NCBI RefSeq assembly: GCF_006345805.1
Contig: NC_043018.1
Span: 10,664,001-10,728,000, forward strand
Direction of reading: 5' to 3'
Source: Octopus sinensis
Taxonomy: Eukaryota
DNA length: 64,000 nucleotides
Shown here: piece after piece, positions 37,109-50,570 of the stretch
Layout of the letters: the number at the start of each line of letters is the position of its first letter
Numbering within the stretch: position 1 is the stretch's first letter
Translations under genes and position numbers: made by a program
The notes under the pieces: model-generated
What the model was told of the DNA's origin: nothing
Databases searched by the model: none
The model's input: the letters and a program-made list of their open reading frames with translations, nothing else

Positions 37109-37599
37109 CGAATTTAGTGGATGACTTCTGGAAGCAGCTGAACAACCAATAGCGAGATGGCGGTGGTGGCAATGAAGGTGTCGGCGGTGGCGGTGGCGAC
37201 GATGCTGACAATGGTGATGATGATGATGATGCTACTGATCTAACTATTACATATCGGTTGAAAGAACAACAACAACAACAACAACAAAATTCTTTATTTC
37301 TTCTTCTTTTTTCTCTTTTCCTTCCTTCGAGCAGAAAGCAAACGGCGTTTACTCTTGTAATAAAGTTTAAAAATAGCAATTCTTTAAGCTTGCTTCATTT
37401 ACCCCGTGTTATTAGGTCATCTCCGTATTTCAGTCTCGTCGGGGATTTACTGAAGGTAGCAAGTACCAGTCATACAATGAGGTCGAATACACGTACGGAA
37501 TCAAGTTTCCTTTTTTTATTGAATGGTTTGTTTGTTTGTTGTTTTTTTTGTTTTTTCATGAACGACCTTGAAACTTGTTTCTTTACAAGATACACTTAC

Positions 37600-38570
37600 T
37601 GTCTCCTTACGAAGCAATCAAACTGTCTACTTACATAACTGTCCCCTAATATAAAAACGTTATTGCTATTCCTTTATATATCAATTTCACTGTCTCCTTT
37701 TACACCGTATCTGTCTTCTTACGTGACACTATCACTGTCCCCTTACATAAAAATAGTCCCTGTTGTTTACATGTACTTCTATCCTTCGTCACATTGTTCC
37801 TGTCCCCTTCAGAACACCATTCCTGTCTCTTTCATAACATTGTTCCTGTCCCCTTTCTATCATTGCATAACACCATTTCTGTATCCTTACACAACTCTGT
37901 TACAGTCCCGTTACATAAATCCATCCCTGCCCCCTTGCATAACAACATAACTGTCCCTTTCATAACACTGCAAATGTTCCCTTTATTGCATAGTTACTGT
38001 CCCTTTAAATAGCATTTTGCTGTCCCCTTACATAACATTATCACATAATATTGTTACTTTTTCCTTGCATTCTACAGCTCCTGTCGCCTTACGTCATACC
38101 ATTACTGTCCCCTTATATAAAACCATCCCCGTTCCCTTCATAAGAATGTATCTGTCCCCTTCATAACATTCCACTTCACATCAAGGTCATTGTCCCCTAC
38201 TACCACTGTCCCCGTGCATAATAAAACATCACTGTCCCCTTCATAATATTGTCACTAACATAACAAAATTGTAACTGTCCCCTTGCACTGTCCCCGTTTC
38301 TGTCTCCTCATATAACATTGCTTCTATCCCCATTGTTGCTGTTCCCTTCATAACGTTACTATTGTCTCCTTCCACAATATAACTGTCCCCTTTATTATAT
38401 TATTTCCTGTCTCCTTTATAACATTCGTTACTGTCCCCTTCATAACATTATCCCTGTCTCCCTATATAAGGAAACTGTTAACGTCGCCTTACATAACGCA
38501 CCTGCTGCTGTCCCTTTCCCTGTTTCTATCACCGTCCCCTTTCCTTGCTGTCCACCACTGTCTCCTCAAA
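37600..38570. repeat. Degenerate ~23-bp minisatellite (consensus near actgtccccttcataacattgtt)
   Basis: Dozens of ctgtcccct...cataac units. Confidence 0.85.
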
Positions 38571-39339
38571 TGCAATCAAGATGTGACCCGGCAAAGGTTA
38601 CGTCAAAAGGGGACAGTGTACTGCATGGGTTTACATGGTGGTGGGTGGAGGAATAGTTGTTTCAACGGGGGGGGGGAAAGAGAGGAGGAAGAAAAGGAGG
38701 GAAAAGAGGCAGAAGAAGAGAAGTGGAAGAGTAGTAGTAGTAGTAGTAGCAGCAGCAGCAGCAGCAGTAGTAGTAGCAGCAGTAGGATGAGGAGGAGGAG
38801 GATCAGCAGCAGCAGCAGTAGTGAGTGTAAGTAACTTAAATCCAGGTCAGTTGCACTGGAGCTGGTCTACACTCAAAAGCTTTCCAGTCGTGACCATTCC
38901 GCCATTTCTAAGGCTACCAAGGACTAATCTCATTCTTCCTTCGAACGTTGGGATGTTATTGGGGAGGGAGGGGGGGGAGAAGGAGATTTGACAGCAAAAA
39001 CCATCGACGGCGACGCGTAGTGGTAGTAGTAGTTGTTGTTGGTATTGCTGCTGCTGCTGCTGTTGTTGTTAGTGGTGGTGGTCTTAACACTGGTTTCTGT
39101 TGGACTCTGCAGTTGTAGCGGCAGCAGCAGCAGCAGCAGTAATAGTAGTAGTAATAGTTGTTGTTGCTGCTGCTGCTGACGATGATGATGATGTTGTTGT
39201 TGTTGTAAGATTCAATAAGTGTAGAGTACAAGTGAAGCATGGCCGACCCAGTAATGGAAGCGTTCACACGAACATCCTGTTGTGACGAGGAAGAAAGTGG
39301 AGACTTTAAAACAACAAAAGCCAACAAATTACACCATCT

Positions 39340-39906
39340 CTCTCTCTCTATCTATCTATTTTTCTGTCAGTCTATCTATCGATCTATATATCCATCCATC
39401 TATCTATCTATCTATCTGTCTGTCTGATGTCTGTCAATTTATCTATTATAATATCTATCAATCTATCTATCTATCTATCAATCTATCCATCTCTCTATCT
39501 ATCTATCTATCTGTCTGTCTATCTGTGTCTATCTCTCTATCTATCAATCTATCCAACTCTCTATCTATCTATCTATATGCGTCTGTGTGTGGTGCTGATG
39601 TTATTAAGTTAGCCTATGGCCTGGGCCAATGTGGCCGAGACCTAAGCACCCAAGTATGTATAACTATATCTTTTCCTCCTTCTCTCTTAGTCTCTCAACT
39701 CGAATTACCACATACAGACTCCCTCGTCGATTGATGTCAAATACTTGTATTTGTTTATCTCTATCTACGTATCTGTCTATTTACATAACTGTTTATGTAC
39801 CTCTGTTACTATTTTTCTCCCCTATCTATTAATCTATTTTTTCTTTCTCGCATTCTTTCTTACTTTCTTTTACCCCTATCAATCTATCTTTCTTCATTTC
39901 TCTTCC

Positions 39907-39951
<45 letters not shown>

Positions 39952-40075
39952 ATCTACCTATCTATCTATCCATCCCTCTATCTATCTATCTATCCATCCC
40001 TCTATCTATCTATCTATCTATCTATCTATCCATCCATCCTTCTATCTATCTATTTGTTTATCTCTCTTTATCTAA
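39340..40075. repeat. (CTAT)n / (CTAT,CCAT) microsatellite block
   Basis: Direct inspection. Confidence 0.95.
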
Positions 40076-40329
40076 CGACACCATCTTTCTCTAATGTGTC
40101 TGTTTAATTTAGAAAAGTGAAGCGTGAATTGAAGGAAATTTGACTGCTACTTCTACCAGCTCGAGTTACCAGATAAAGACTCTCTCGTTGGTTGATGACA
40201 GACCCTTCTACCGCTGTTACTGTTTCACCAGTTCAGAACCATTCCAACCAGTGTCATTGCGTAGTTACCTCAGGAAAGCTACACGGGTTCAGGAATCTAA
40301 TGCTAATATATCTTTTACCGTTCATGTTT

Positions 40330-40972
40330 TATTTGCTTCAATCATTCGATTGCGGTCATGCTGGAGCACTCCCTTCAAGGGTTTAGGCACACAAAAAAAT
40401 TATTTTTTTTTATAAAGTCTAGTGCCTATTCTATCGTTCTCTTGCGCTGAAACGCTAAGTTACTGGGACGTAAACAAACCAATACCGGTTGTCAAGCAGT
40501 GAGCGTGGAACAAACACAAAGATACACACACATAGGTATAAGTGTGTATGTGCGTGTGTATTTTTGAGTTTGTCCTTACCACCGCTTGACAGCTGGTGTC
40601 GTTGTGTTTACGACCCCGTAAACTAGCTGTTCGGCAAAAGTGAACCGATAGAAGATGTACCTGGCTTAAATAAATAGAACTGGTATCGATTCATCTGGCA
40701 AAATCTCATCAAGGTAATGCTCCAGAATGGCCGCAGTCTAATGACTCAAATAAATAAAAGATAAATGATAAAGATATAAATAAATACATAAATAGGCGCA
40801 GGGGTGGCTGTGTGGTAAGTAGCTTGCTTACCAGCCACATGGTTCCGGGTTCATTCCCATTGCGTGGCACCTTGGGCAAGTGTCTTCTACTATAGCCTTG
40901 GGCCGGCCAAAGCCTTGTGAGTGGAGTTGGTAGACGGAAACTGAAAAAAGCCCGTCGTATATATGTATATGA

Positions 40973-41033
<61 letters not shown>

Positions 41034-41057
41034 AGTATATATGTATGTATGTATGTA

Positions 41058-41090
<33 letters not shown>

Positions 41091-41270
41091 ATGTTTGTGT
41101 GTCTTTGTCCCCCAACATCGCATGTGTTTACATCCCCGCAAAAGAGACCGATAGAATAAGTACTAGGCTTCCAAAGAATAAGTCCTGGGGTCGATTTGCT
41201 CGACTAAAAGGCGGTGCTCCAGCATGGCCGCAGTCAAATGACTGAAACAAGTAAAATAGTAAAATGAATA
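40330..41270. mobile_element. Cluster of SINE family A copies (tail on minus 40330-40535, tail on plus 40560-40765, full copy on plus 40794-41270)
   Basis: Similarity to family A consensus seen elsewhere in the window. Confidence 0.85.
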
Positions 41271-41799
41271 AATATATATATATATATATATATATAGGGA
41301 TGGTATTATTAAAATACCATCACAAGTGGTAAGCGAATTATTAGCCGTACAGGCAAATTAATAAAATATATACATACAATATTAGATATGTACATATATA
41401 TATACAAGGGTAGTACATGAGTACCTATATCGCTAATTATAGAAGTCAAAAAATACTTCTGTACCACCGAAAAGTCACAAATCTATTACAGACAAGATAG
41501 GAAAAACTATCAGTGAGCAATAATAATGTCTTACCTCAAATGGGTCAGAACAAGTAAATGCCGTAAGCCACGCGCCTCCACTAATGTGTTATCCTGGTGT
41601 ATTCTAAAAGTTGAAAGAAATGTCTTTGACCTCAGGCCTATGAAGAGTGACTTGAGACTAAGCAGACACGACAGTACGATTAGCAAGAACAATATGACCA
41701 CCACAATGCCAACAATACCTGCCCATCGTTACAACATCTAAACCAATGGTACCCACATCATCACCATTATCAACCCACTAACTCGATGGTAATTCATAA

Positions 41800-42540
41800 C
41801 AGAGCCTAAAGTTTATATGAAATTTGCAGGAAAAAGGTGAAATTTCTAATGAAAATCCTTTTGGTTAGTTAAGGCTGGTTTGAAAAGTTTCAAAAAAGTA
41901 CGAATTTACACAATATAAAAATGACAGGTGAAACTGCGAGCGCTGATCCAGAGGCTGTTACTAATTATCCTGAGCAGCTGAAGAAAATGATTGCTGAAGG
42001 AAGCTACACACCAGAAAAAGTCTTCAAATGTTGATGAAACTGCACTTTCCTGGAAGCGTCTGACTGCTAGAACTTTATTTCTCGGGGAGAAAAATGAACA
42101 CCACGATTTAAAGCTTCCAAAAATTGTCTGACATCTGCTGATGATATGAAATTAAAGCCCCTTACACATGTATCGCACTGAAAATATAAGGGCTTTCAAG
42201 TGTTATACCAAGTTTAATCTACCTCTGATTTGGCGTTCAAATAAGGCATGGATGACTAAGAGCCTTTTCAAAGAGTGGTTTACAAACATGTTGTTTTCTT
42301 TTTGGCTCCTGCCATGCAGTACCAGACAATATTTCTAACAAAGCATTGCTTCGTTTAGACAATGCACTAAACAAACTGGCAAACACAGATGACCTTTCTG
42401 ATAATAAGGGAGTAGGATATATCCCCACGAATACAACTTCTTTGCTCCTGCCAATAGATCAAGGTGTCGTGGTTAATTTCAAGGCATATTATATGAGAAG
42501 AACTTTCCGACAACTTATGAAAGCAATTGTTATTTATGAC
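41800..42540 (+). pseudogene. pogo/Tigger-type transposase remnant
   Basis: GETASAD, YTPEKVF.VDETAL.WKR, LLRLDNA, PTNTTSLLLPIDQGVVVNFKAYYMRRTF motifs with frameshifts. Confidence 0.85.
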
Positions 42541-42879
42541 AACCCTAACCCTAAAACCTTAAGACCAGTACAAACACACCAACGATGTCGTAAATAACAG
42601 TGACAAACGAGATATACACCGCCGGAAGTTCTTGTTGACAAACAACGGTAGTAATTTTATTCAGCCTGAATACCTCATTGATTGGTTGAAATTATCGAAA
42701 TACGAGAACTTTAAGGTGAAATAACTTCGTAAATATAAGTTTTTCTCAAAAATGCTAAGAGTAAAAGATGTTTTATATGACACATTCTACCAGTGTCCGA
42801 AGTTAGAAAGTGTTTAGCTACAAAAAATTATTTTCTAAATCTGTCGGTCAAAAGGTAAAGACCCACAGACTTTCCAAGT

Positions 42880-43400
42880 TTAACGCAAAATTTCACGTTG
42901 GCTCTATTCCTGTCCATGACAAAAATCGAAGACTACACGTGATCACAAAAACACAAATTTCACAACTTGCAAAGTAAACACAACGATGTCACTCGGAACA
43001 CTGCCTCGTGGAGGTCACCGCATGCTCTCACTTTGCACGCAACCGAGCGCTGACATCTGTTGGCGCGCTACAGCGCTAGTCCGGGAACTTTTCGATACCA
43101 CCTCGTACATACTTTTTTTTTTGGTTTCTACCCCGCAAACAACTTAATCCGGTCTGTTACGTTTGCACTGGGCAGAAGTTCTGACCTATGCATTCAATGT
43201 GTGCGCGCGCGCATGCGTACTTTGCTTTATCAACTCTGAAAGACAGACGAAATCGCAGTGATTTTGAACAAAGAACGTGAAGGGGCCCAGAACTGAAATA
43301 GTTCATAATAAAGTGTTGGGATTAATGGCGACTGATTTATTTCACTCCAATGTAAACACAGCGTGAGGAGAAAGAGAGAAAGAGTGATACATGTGCGTCG
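42880..43400. promoter_or_regulatory. CpG-rich promoter-like patch with NRF1-like and forkhead motifs
   Basis: gcgcatgcgt (43209-43218), two gtaaacaca and cacgtg in non-repeat CpG-rich sequence. Confidence 0.3.
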
Positions 43401-43752
43401 TCAAAGTAGGTCAGTGTGTGTGTGTGTGTTTACTGATCTGTTTGTCTGACTACATGATGGGTCATTGCTTTGTATTTGTAACGACACCACTTAAACACTA
43501 AGACGGAACAGAGCCCCCACTTTACACCCTCTCTCTTTCCCTATCTATCTATCTGTCTATTTGTCTGTCTCCCTATCCGTCTGGTTATCTAAGTCACATA
43601 GACGTTTCTTTCGTGACTCGTTTCAGTCGATTGACATCTCGCGTTCGCAACGACTTTGCTTACTTCATATTTCCCCAAAAATCAACGCAGTCAAGTGATG
43701 GCTGCGTGGTTAGGAAATTCATTTGGCAACTGCTAGGCAATTTCCGGTTCAA

Positions 43753-44133
43753 ACGGCACTTTTTTAACATAATTTCTAGGTAACTAAACACATTTAAACT
43801 TCGTATACTGGTAGAATGTGTTTATAAAACATCTTTTTCTCTTGGCTTTATTGAGAAAATTCTATAGTTTCTGAGATATTTGTTGTTTTTTCTTCAATTT
43901 CAACCAATCAATGACGTATATTGAGGTGAAAACATTCTGGGCCGTATGAATATGTCCCTCGTTTAAGAAACAGATTGGGTTTATTTACATTTGAAGAAAA
44001 AAATATACCCTTCCCCCCACCCCTAACCCTAAAACAGATTGAAATGCAATAGATCGATACTAGGGTCATAATTATGGGTGACAATTTCATATGACACCGC
44101 TAGAAAAAACTGCCGTTCAAACCGAAAAGATCC
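43753..44133 (-). mobile_element. Second copy of the 19227 MITE, inverted, left TIR truncated, inserted in a SINE
   Basis: Reverse-complement match to 19227-19655. cggttcaa occurs at 43745-43752 and 44134-44141 (likely TSD). Confidence 0.75.
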
Positions 44134-45249
44134 CGGTTCAATTCCATTGCACGGTACTTTATGAAAGTGTCTGCTATCAGCATCCACCCGTGCCTCTTTC
44201 ACTAAAGCCATCTCAGTGAAATATGATTGGCGGAAACCATGGAGGTGGAAGTAATGTTGGAGAGTCGACCGTTTCTCTTTTCGGTAGAGGTCACATTATG
44301 TTTTTACCCTATTTATTGTCATAACCTGGCCCTCGGGGGGACGGATTTAAGTAGATTCACTTTGTTACAGGGATTTAGACAAGGTTTCAATCTGAGAATA
44401 ACTTATATTTTTCCACCCAACCATCTTAGAATACGAAAATAAACAAAAGACGAAGGCAGGTGGAGTACAAACAAACAAATGTATTAGTATAGCGCTCAGG
44501 AATAGAAAAAGTCTTTTACATTTCGAGCCTACGCTCTTCGACAGAAAAAAAACAAGGAGAAAAAAATGCGTGTAGTAGCTAACGATCTATCATATATATA
44601 TATAGGCGCAGGAGTGGCTGTGTGGTAAGTAGCTTGCTCCCCAACCACATGGTTCCGGGTTCAGTCCTACAGCGTGGCACCTTGGGCAAGTGTCTTCTGC
44701 TAAAGCCTCAGGTCGACCAAAACCTTGAGTGAGATTTGGTAGACAGAAACTAAAAGAAACCCGCCGTATATATATGTGTCACATCACCACCACCGGACAA
44801 CTGATGGTGTGTTTACGTCCCGCAACAATTCTAATTATCGAAACGATCGTAATCAACTGATAGAATGTACAACCGCATTTCCTTATTTACGTTTACCTCT
44901 ACGATGAATGCACCATCGGCAGGTAACATTTCCCTGCAAATTTTATCATATTCTTCGTGTATCTGTTGTCAAATTCAGTAAGTAGCAAGTCAAAGATATC
45001 ACCACCGGGCAGTGATATTCAAAACTTTCACATGAAGTTAAGACAATACATAAACACACACACACATGACGGGCTTCAACCAGTTTCCGTTTACTAAATC
45101 CACTCAAGATTTTGGTCAGCCCGGAGCCATAAAAATAAAAGAACCTGCAAAAGGTGCCACACATTGGAACTGAAACCGACAGGGAAACAAGCTCCTTAAA
45201 GCATTCAGGGAAAGATAACGAAAAGAACAACATTTAATGAAAAAATGAA

Positions 45250-48200
45250 ATTTTATTAATAAAAAATGAATTTAACAATAGGTTTTCAACACATTAATAA
45301 TCATGCTGTAGATGTAACTACTATATATATATCATATACATCTAGTCAACTTTATATTAAGGTAAATTACAGGGGAAAAAAAATACACCATCACTGCTGT
45401 GCAGTTGGTCAAAGTAACACACACACACCACTCACTCCATGTTGAGTAAACTGGAACTGTGCAACAAGGATTGGCAAATATCCAGAAGTAAAATCAAATG
45501 GAAGCAATTTCATTATGTGAAAGGTGGGAAGAGGGAAAGAATGGGGGGTGGGGAATAAATACGTTTTTTGATATGGCTAGGGTTTAATTTGAGTGGGAGA
45601 AGGGAGATAGAGCGATAGACAGACATAGATAGATAGACAAATAGATAGACCGACAGATAGATAGATATAGAAAGAGATAGAATCAGTGCAGCCAAAATAA
45701 CGATTGGAAAAGTAGAGGGTGGAATCAAAATGACGACTAGAGAAAGACAATTCTTTAATTTGGTTTTGGCTGCTGACTGATCTGGATATGTTCATCTTGT
45801 TTTATGAGAGATAATACCATAAAAGGGGACAGGTTGAAGGCAGTAGACAAAAGGGGACAATAAAGTGTCTCTTGGAGGGATTCTGAAGACAGTTCCAATT
45901 TACATTGTGGTTTATTCAAATATTTAACATTATTATTATTATTATTATTAAAAAATATTAAATTAGAGTCAGTGAATTAAATACCAGAAAAATATATATA
46001 TAGGAAAATCAGTTGAACTATTTTAAAGCAGACATTGTGTGTGTGCGTGTGTGTGTGTACGGCCAGTGTGTTTCTCATTCATAAAGCTAGCCGTCACTTG
46101 CAGGCAAGTATGACGTGGTGTCCCGTGGCTTGTGCAATGCCAGCCTCTCGGTCCAACCCAACAACACCCAGGAAGACACAGAGGATGTCCCGAATGGGGT
46201 TGTGGAGAGAGAGAAGCTGCACCGGCAGTCGGCTGGGACTCGTTTTCTGCTGAGCAAATGGGAGCAACGGGAAGTGAAAAGCATTGCTCAAGGACAACAA
46301 ACATGCTGCTCAGTCTGGGAGTCGAACCGACGACCTTACGATTGTGAGTTTGACCACTGGGACACAGGTCTTCTTAAGGAAGATCACAACCCTTCTGGAA
46401 AGTAGTAATTTTTATCAAAAGGAACCAAGAGAAACGGAAACTATGAACACAGCAACAAATTGCTCTCCTTGCAGGTTCTTCTCTTTTAGTTGGTGGGGAA
46501 GACGTGAAAAGCCGTATTTATGTGGAGCGTTGTGTATTTTTAATAACTGTGGAGAAGGGAATCACAAAAGAAACACTGCTGGAAGAGAAACATCATGAAA
46601 ATATTAGAATGTTAGAATATAGGCACAGGTTGTTGTTGTTTTTTAAACAAACAGGAGTTCTATAGAAAGTCTTTTTTTTTTTTTTTAAATTTCAGTGATT
46701 TTAGAAAAACATTCAAGTAATATTTTTTAAAAACTGATATATAGCACCAATGTGTTTTTAGAAGAAAAAAAATCATTTAATACTAAAGGTATTTTATAGT
46801 TTGTTTTTTTTTTTGTTATATTTGCAAATCATCTACATGAAATTAACACAGGTGAAAGGATGAAATATAAAAATTTTGAATTCCATTATATGTTTTATAT
46901 AAATCTAATAATTGTCCTCTACCAACAAAGAGAGGTGGCCATTGTAACCATTCTGAAAAAGTAATTGCTAAGAAGTCTACACCGAGTTAGCAATTATTTT
47001 CCTCCGATAATGAAGAAAATCTTTGAGGTGGGGAAACAGGGTGTAGAGACTTATTCTTGGTACGAGGAACTTCAAGTTCCTACTTGGTACCTAAACTGAG
47101 AAATTACTTGACAAATGGAGAAAAAAAAAAGGGCTACCAAAAAAATCTTTTATGACATTAAAAATATCGGGACACAAACGAAAAAACAAAAAACCCTGCA
47201 ACATTTGCTTTAGACAATGGACAAATATGCATGGACATGCCCAAGAGTTCTCAAAAGGAGACTCATTTTGAGAACAGAAGTGAAAACCCTTTAGAGGCCA
47301 TTAGGTCTCGGTACGTGAAGTGCAGCTCAATGTTGTTTAATTAGCATTTATTAATAGATAAATAATTTAATCTGTGATAATTAGCTTGGTGAGTGGCAGT
47401 TTAGTTAGCATCACGGTATGAGAAAGAGAGGAATTTTGCTCAAAACAATCTTGAATCTACACAAAAATGAACCAAAACCATTATTAGCCAATGTTTAGGT
47501 TCAAAATTAAGACTAGAAAGATAAAAACTCACAAAAGTCGCTGATGGAAATTTTAACAATAAGTGACTAGGGAGAGAGAGGGGGGTAGTTTTATATACTT
47601 CATCGCTACAAATGTATATTAGGTCATCAAATATGAAATTTGTAGTAAGGTATATGGTAAACCTTGACAACTGCTTATTTTGCACTATTGCTTATATTTT
47701 GACCATATTTTGTTTGGTTTGCAAAATTTCGTTCTGGTAGCTTTGACCTCACAGATGAGCAATGCGGCCAACAAAAAACAAAGGTGAATAACGATGAACT
47801 GAAAGCCCAGTGTCGAGTCAGATCCATCTCAAAGTGCTCATGAATTGTTGTTTGGTGTTAGCAAACAATATTGGCTCACCAAGTTCAAATCAGTGAAGTG
47901 GAAAAGTTGGATAAGTGGGTTCTACATGAACTCAATGAAAATCAGAAACAACAACATTTGGAAGCCTGCATTATGCTACTTGGTCACAAAAAGGAATCGG
48001 TTTTCAACAGAATTGTAACGTGATGACAACTGGATCCAATACAGCAACAGTAACCATTCAGCACAATGGTTGGACAAAGACGAGCTGCCAAAACACAGTC
48101 CAAAAAGCAAAATTCATCAAAAGAAGCTGATGGTGTGTATTTCGTGGCCTGGCGCAGATGTGATCTATTGATTTCATTAAATCTGGCTCATCAATCATGA

Positions 48201-50403
48201 CCGAAGCATATTACAGCCAATTGGACCAAATGATGCAGAAACTTACATCGCAAAAATGACATTGGCGAAACTACGGGAATTTGGAGTTGGAAGTTCTCCA
48301 TCATCCACCATACTCGCCTGATCTTGCCCCCACTGACTATCACTTCTTCTGGAATTTGGATAACTTTTTGATAGGAAAAAACTAATTCTAACAATGCTGT
48401 AAAACAGGCCTTTTAAGAATTTGATTCTAGATTGCCAAGTTCTACAGTTCCGGGCTGGACAAGCTACCGCTGTAATGGCAAAAGTGTTTTGACAATATGG
48501 TTGCATACTTTGAGGATTAAAGCTATTCCTTATATTTATAAAATATTTGCAATCTTTTTTTCTTTTCTACAAATTTCATACTTGATGACCTAATATTTAT
48601 ATAATGTGGGCTTTCCTGTAGTACAGGACAAATGAAGGCTCTGATTCCTTGAACAGCCTGCACAAATGATTTATTTATAGTGATCATGTGCCCCCAGGAT
48701 ACCACAGTTCAAGATTGAACCCAAGGCCAGGAGGTTGCAAAGCAGGACTTCTTAATCATTCAGCCACACTAAATAATGAAAATGTATGATACGATCTGGT
48801 TTGTTGGTTTAACACCAAGGAAGGCCAAGAGATTTCAGCAACCATGTTGATTACCGAATATGGTCCTTTTCCATACCGATAAACTATTAGGTGAAATTTG
48901 TTGATTTTATTAAATTAATTATTTTTCACCCTTTATCTGTAATGCATATATACATACATATATATATATTATGATTTTATTGGATAAACATTAGGACAGC
49001 TAAAAATTTATTTATTACATTAAAGTGTGTGAAAATGTAGAATGAGAAAGGTGAGAATTAGGTGGGTGAATGTTTTAGCCCCCTCCCCCCGCCCACATTT
49101 TTGAGAAACCATATGAAACATGTCAATGCATATGAATACAAGTCTGATATCACAGTTAATAGTTAAAAACCTTCCCCCACTCCCTCAGCAGACAGAGATT
49201 CGGAGAATCCTCAGAGAATAGGGTTTCGGTAGGGTTTGGAAATATTAAAATGGTGTAGGTCAGTACCACTTGAACAGCAGAGGATATCAATGGAGTTAAA
49301 AAGAAAAAAATTCAGATCAGACCAGAAAGTTTGTATAATAATGGAATGGTAGGGCTTCCCTTTTTGAAGGCCCAATTCCAAAAAAAAAAAAAAAAATCTT
49401 ACAGTAGGAATAATTCAAAAACAAAAAAAAAATTTTTTCTTTGGAATCAGTGGAATGTTTTCAAAGATGAAGAACTCCGAAGAACTCCTTACAGATTTAA
49501 AAAAAAAAAAAGCGGAACAAAATCGCTCGGAGTTTGTGTTTTTCTTTTTTAACCATTTTTCAGTGCCAAGAAATACAAATATTGTACATGGAGTAGCTGC
49601 ACCAACAAACAAACTCCTACGGCTCAGCTACTCAGAGTATCATTCTCAGACTTGCAGACTTATTCTACACCATTCAAGATTTCCACCTCTACTCACTGAC
49701 CCCAGAGGGGGAACTTGCAAAACCCATTTAAAAGACACACACACACACACACACATAATCACTATTATAAAACACAATGTTTGTGAAGAACATATAACAA
49801 ATATTTAAGAGTTTGTTTTATTTTGATATATAAAAAAAAAAAGGAAAGCCAAGAGTGTGGTTCTTGGAGTGTCTTTAAGTAAAAGATACTGGTCTGAGTA
49901 GGAGGCACTGATTTTCAAGTGAGTGTACATTTGTGTGAAGCTGTGTGGATTTAAGTCTAAAATGTTAACCTTTTCTCTCACACCACTTCACACTTCACAA
50001 GTAGTCCAATGAAAGCCAGACATAATAATAATGGTAAGTTCTCTCTGCAATTCAAGAATGGAAGACAAAAGAATATTTAGCTGCAATATGCTTGTTTGGT
50101 GAAATATATTGACAGCGTGGAAATATTGGTAGGAAAAAAAAAAGTTATTTTCTTTTTAGTCTTTTTCATTTGTTTTGGGGGGTTATTTTTCTTTCATTTT
50201 GCAGAGACTGTATATTGAACTTGAAACCATCACAATCATCATTGCTGACATGACACACCGCCTTGACACTGGGCAAGTATATTTGTATTCATATACAGAA
50301 GGGGAACACAGGGGGAAGGAAAAGAATGGTTTATGCCAAGAGATTCTTAGCAACATTTGTTGGAGTTTTTTGTTAGGATTTTTGTGGGGGGGTGGCGGTG
50401 GTG
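45250..50403 (-). other. Probable 3' UTR region of the KLF gene; candidate polyA signals at 48906-48911 and 45252-45257
   Basis: Repeat-poor, A/U-tract-rich sequence directly after the stop. AATAAA occurs on the minus strand (tttatt on plus) at both positions. The extent is inferred. Confidence 0.4.
47745..48512 (+). pseudogene. Decayed mariner transposase
   Basis: WVLHELN (WVPHEL) and HPPYSPDLAPTDYHFF motifs; multiple stops and frameshifts. Confidence 0.88.
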
Positions 50404-50570
50404 TTAATTTGTTGGTGTGGAACTGTCTGATGTGCTGTTTGCTGGACTGATAGATCTGCGGTTACGCACCGAACCAGAGGAATTCTTTAAATGCCGGCTC
50501 ACATGTTTGCTGAGGTGGTCGCTCCTCATGAAGCGTTTTGGACATACGGAGCAGGTGAATTTCTTTTCCC
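50404..50570 (-). CDS. KLF9/13: KLF/Sp-family C2H2 transcription factor, last coding exon (zinc finger 3 + C-terminal tail + stop)
   Basis: Minus strand has acceptor ttttttag| then phase-1 GG and [54 protein letters not shown], with TAA at 50404-50406. FMRSDHLxKH is the canonical KLF/Sp finger-3 helix. Confidence 0.93.

Noticed and set aside
37600-38570. CRISPR-like interpretation of the repeat-spacer array
   Set aside because: Eukaryotic context, short degenerate cores, spacers related to each other, and no cas genes.
44830-44856. GAAACGATCGTA hammerhead 3' half
   Set aside because: The CUGANGA half is missing (truncated by a SINE).
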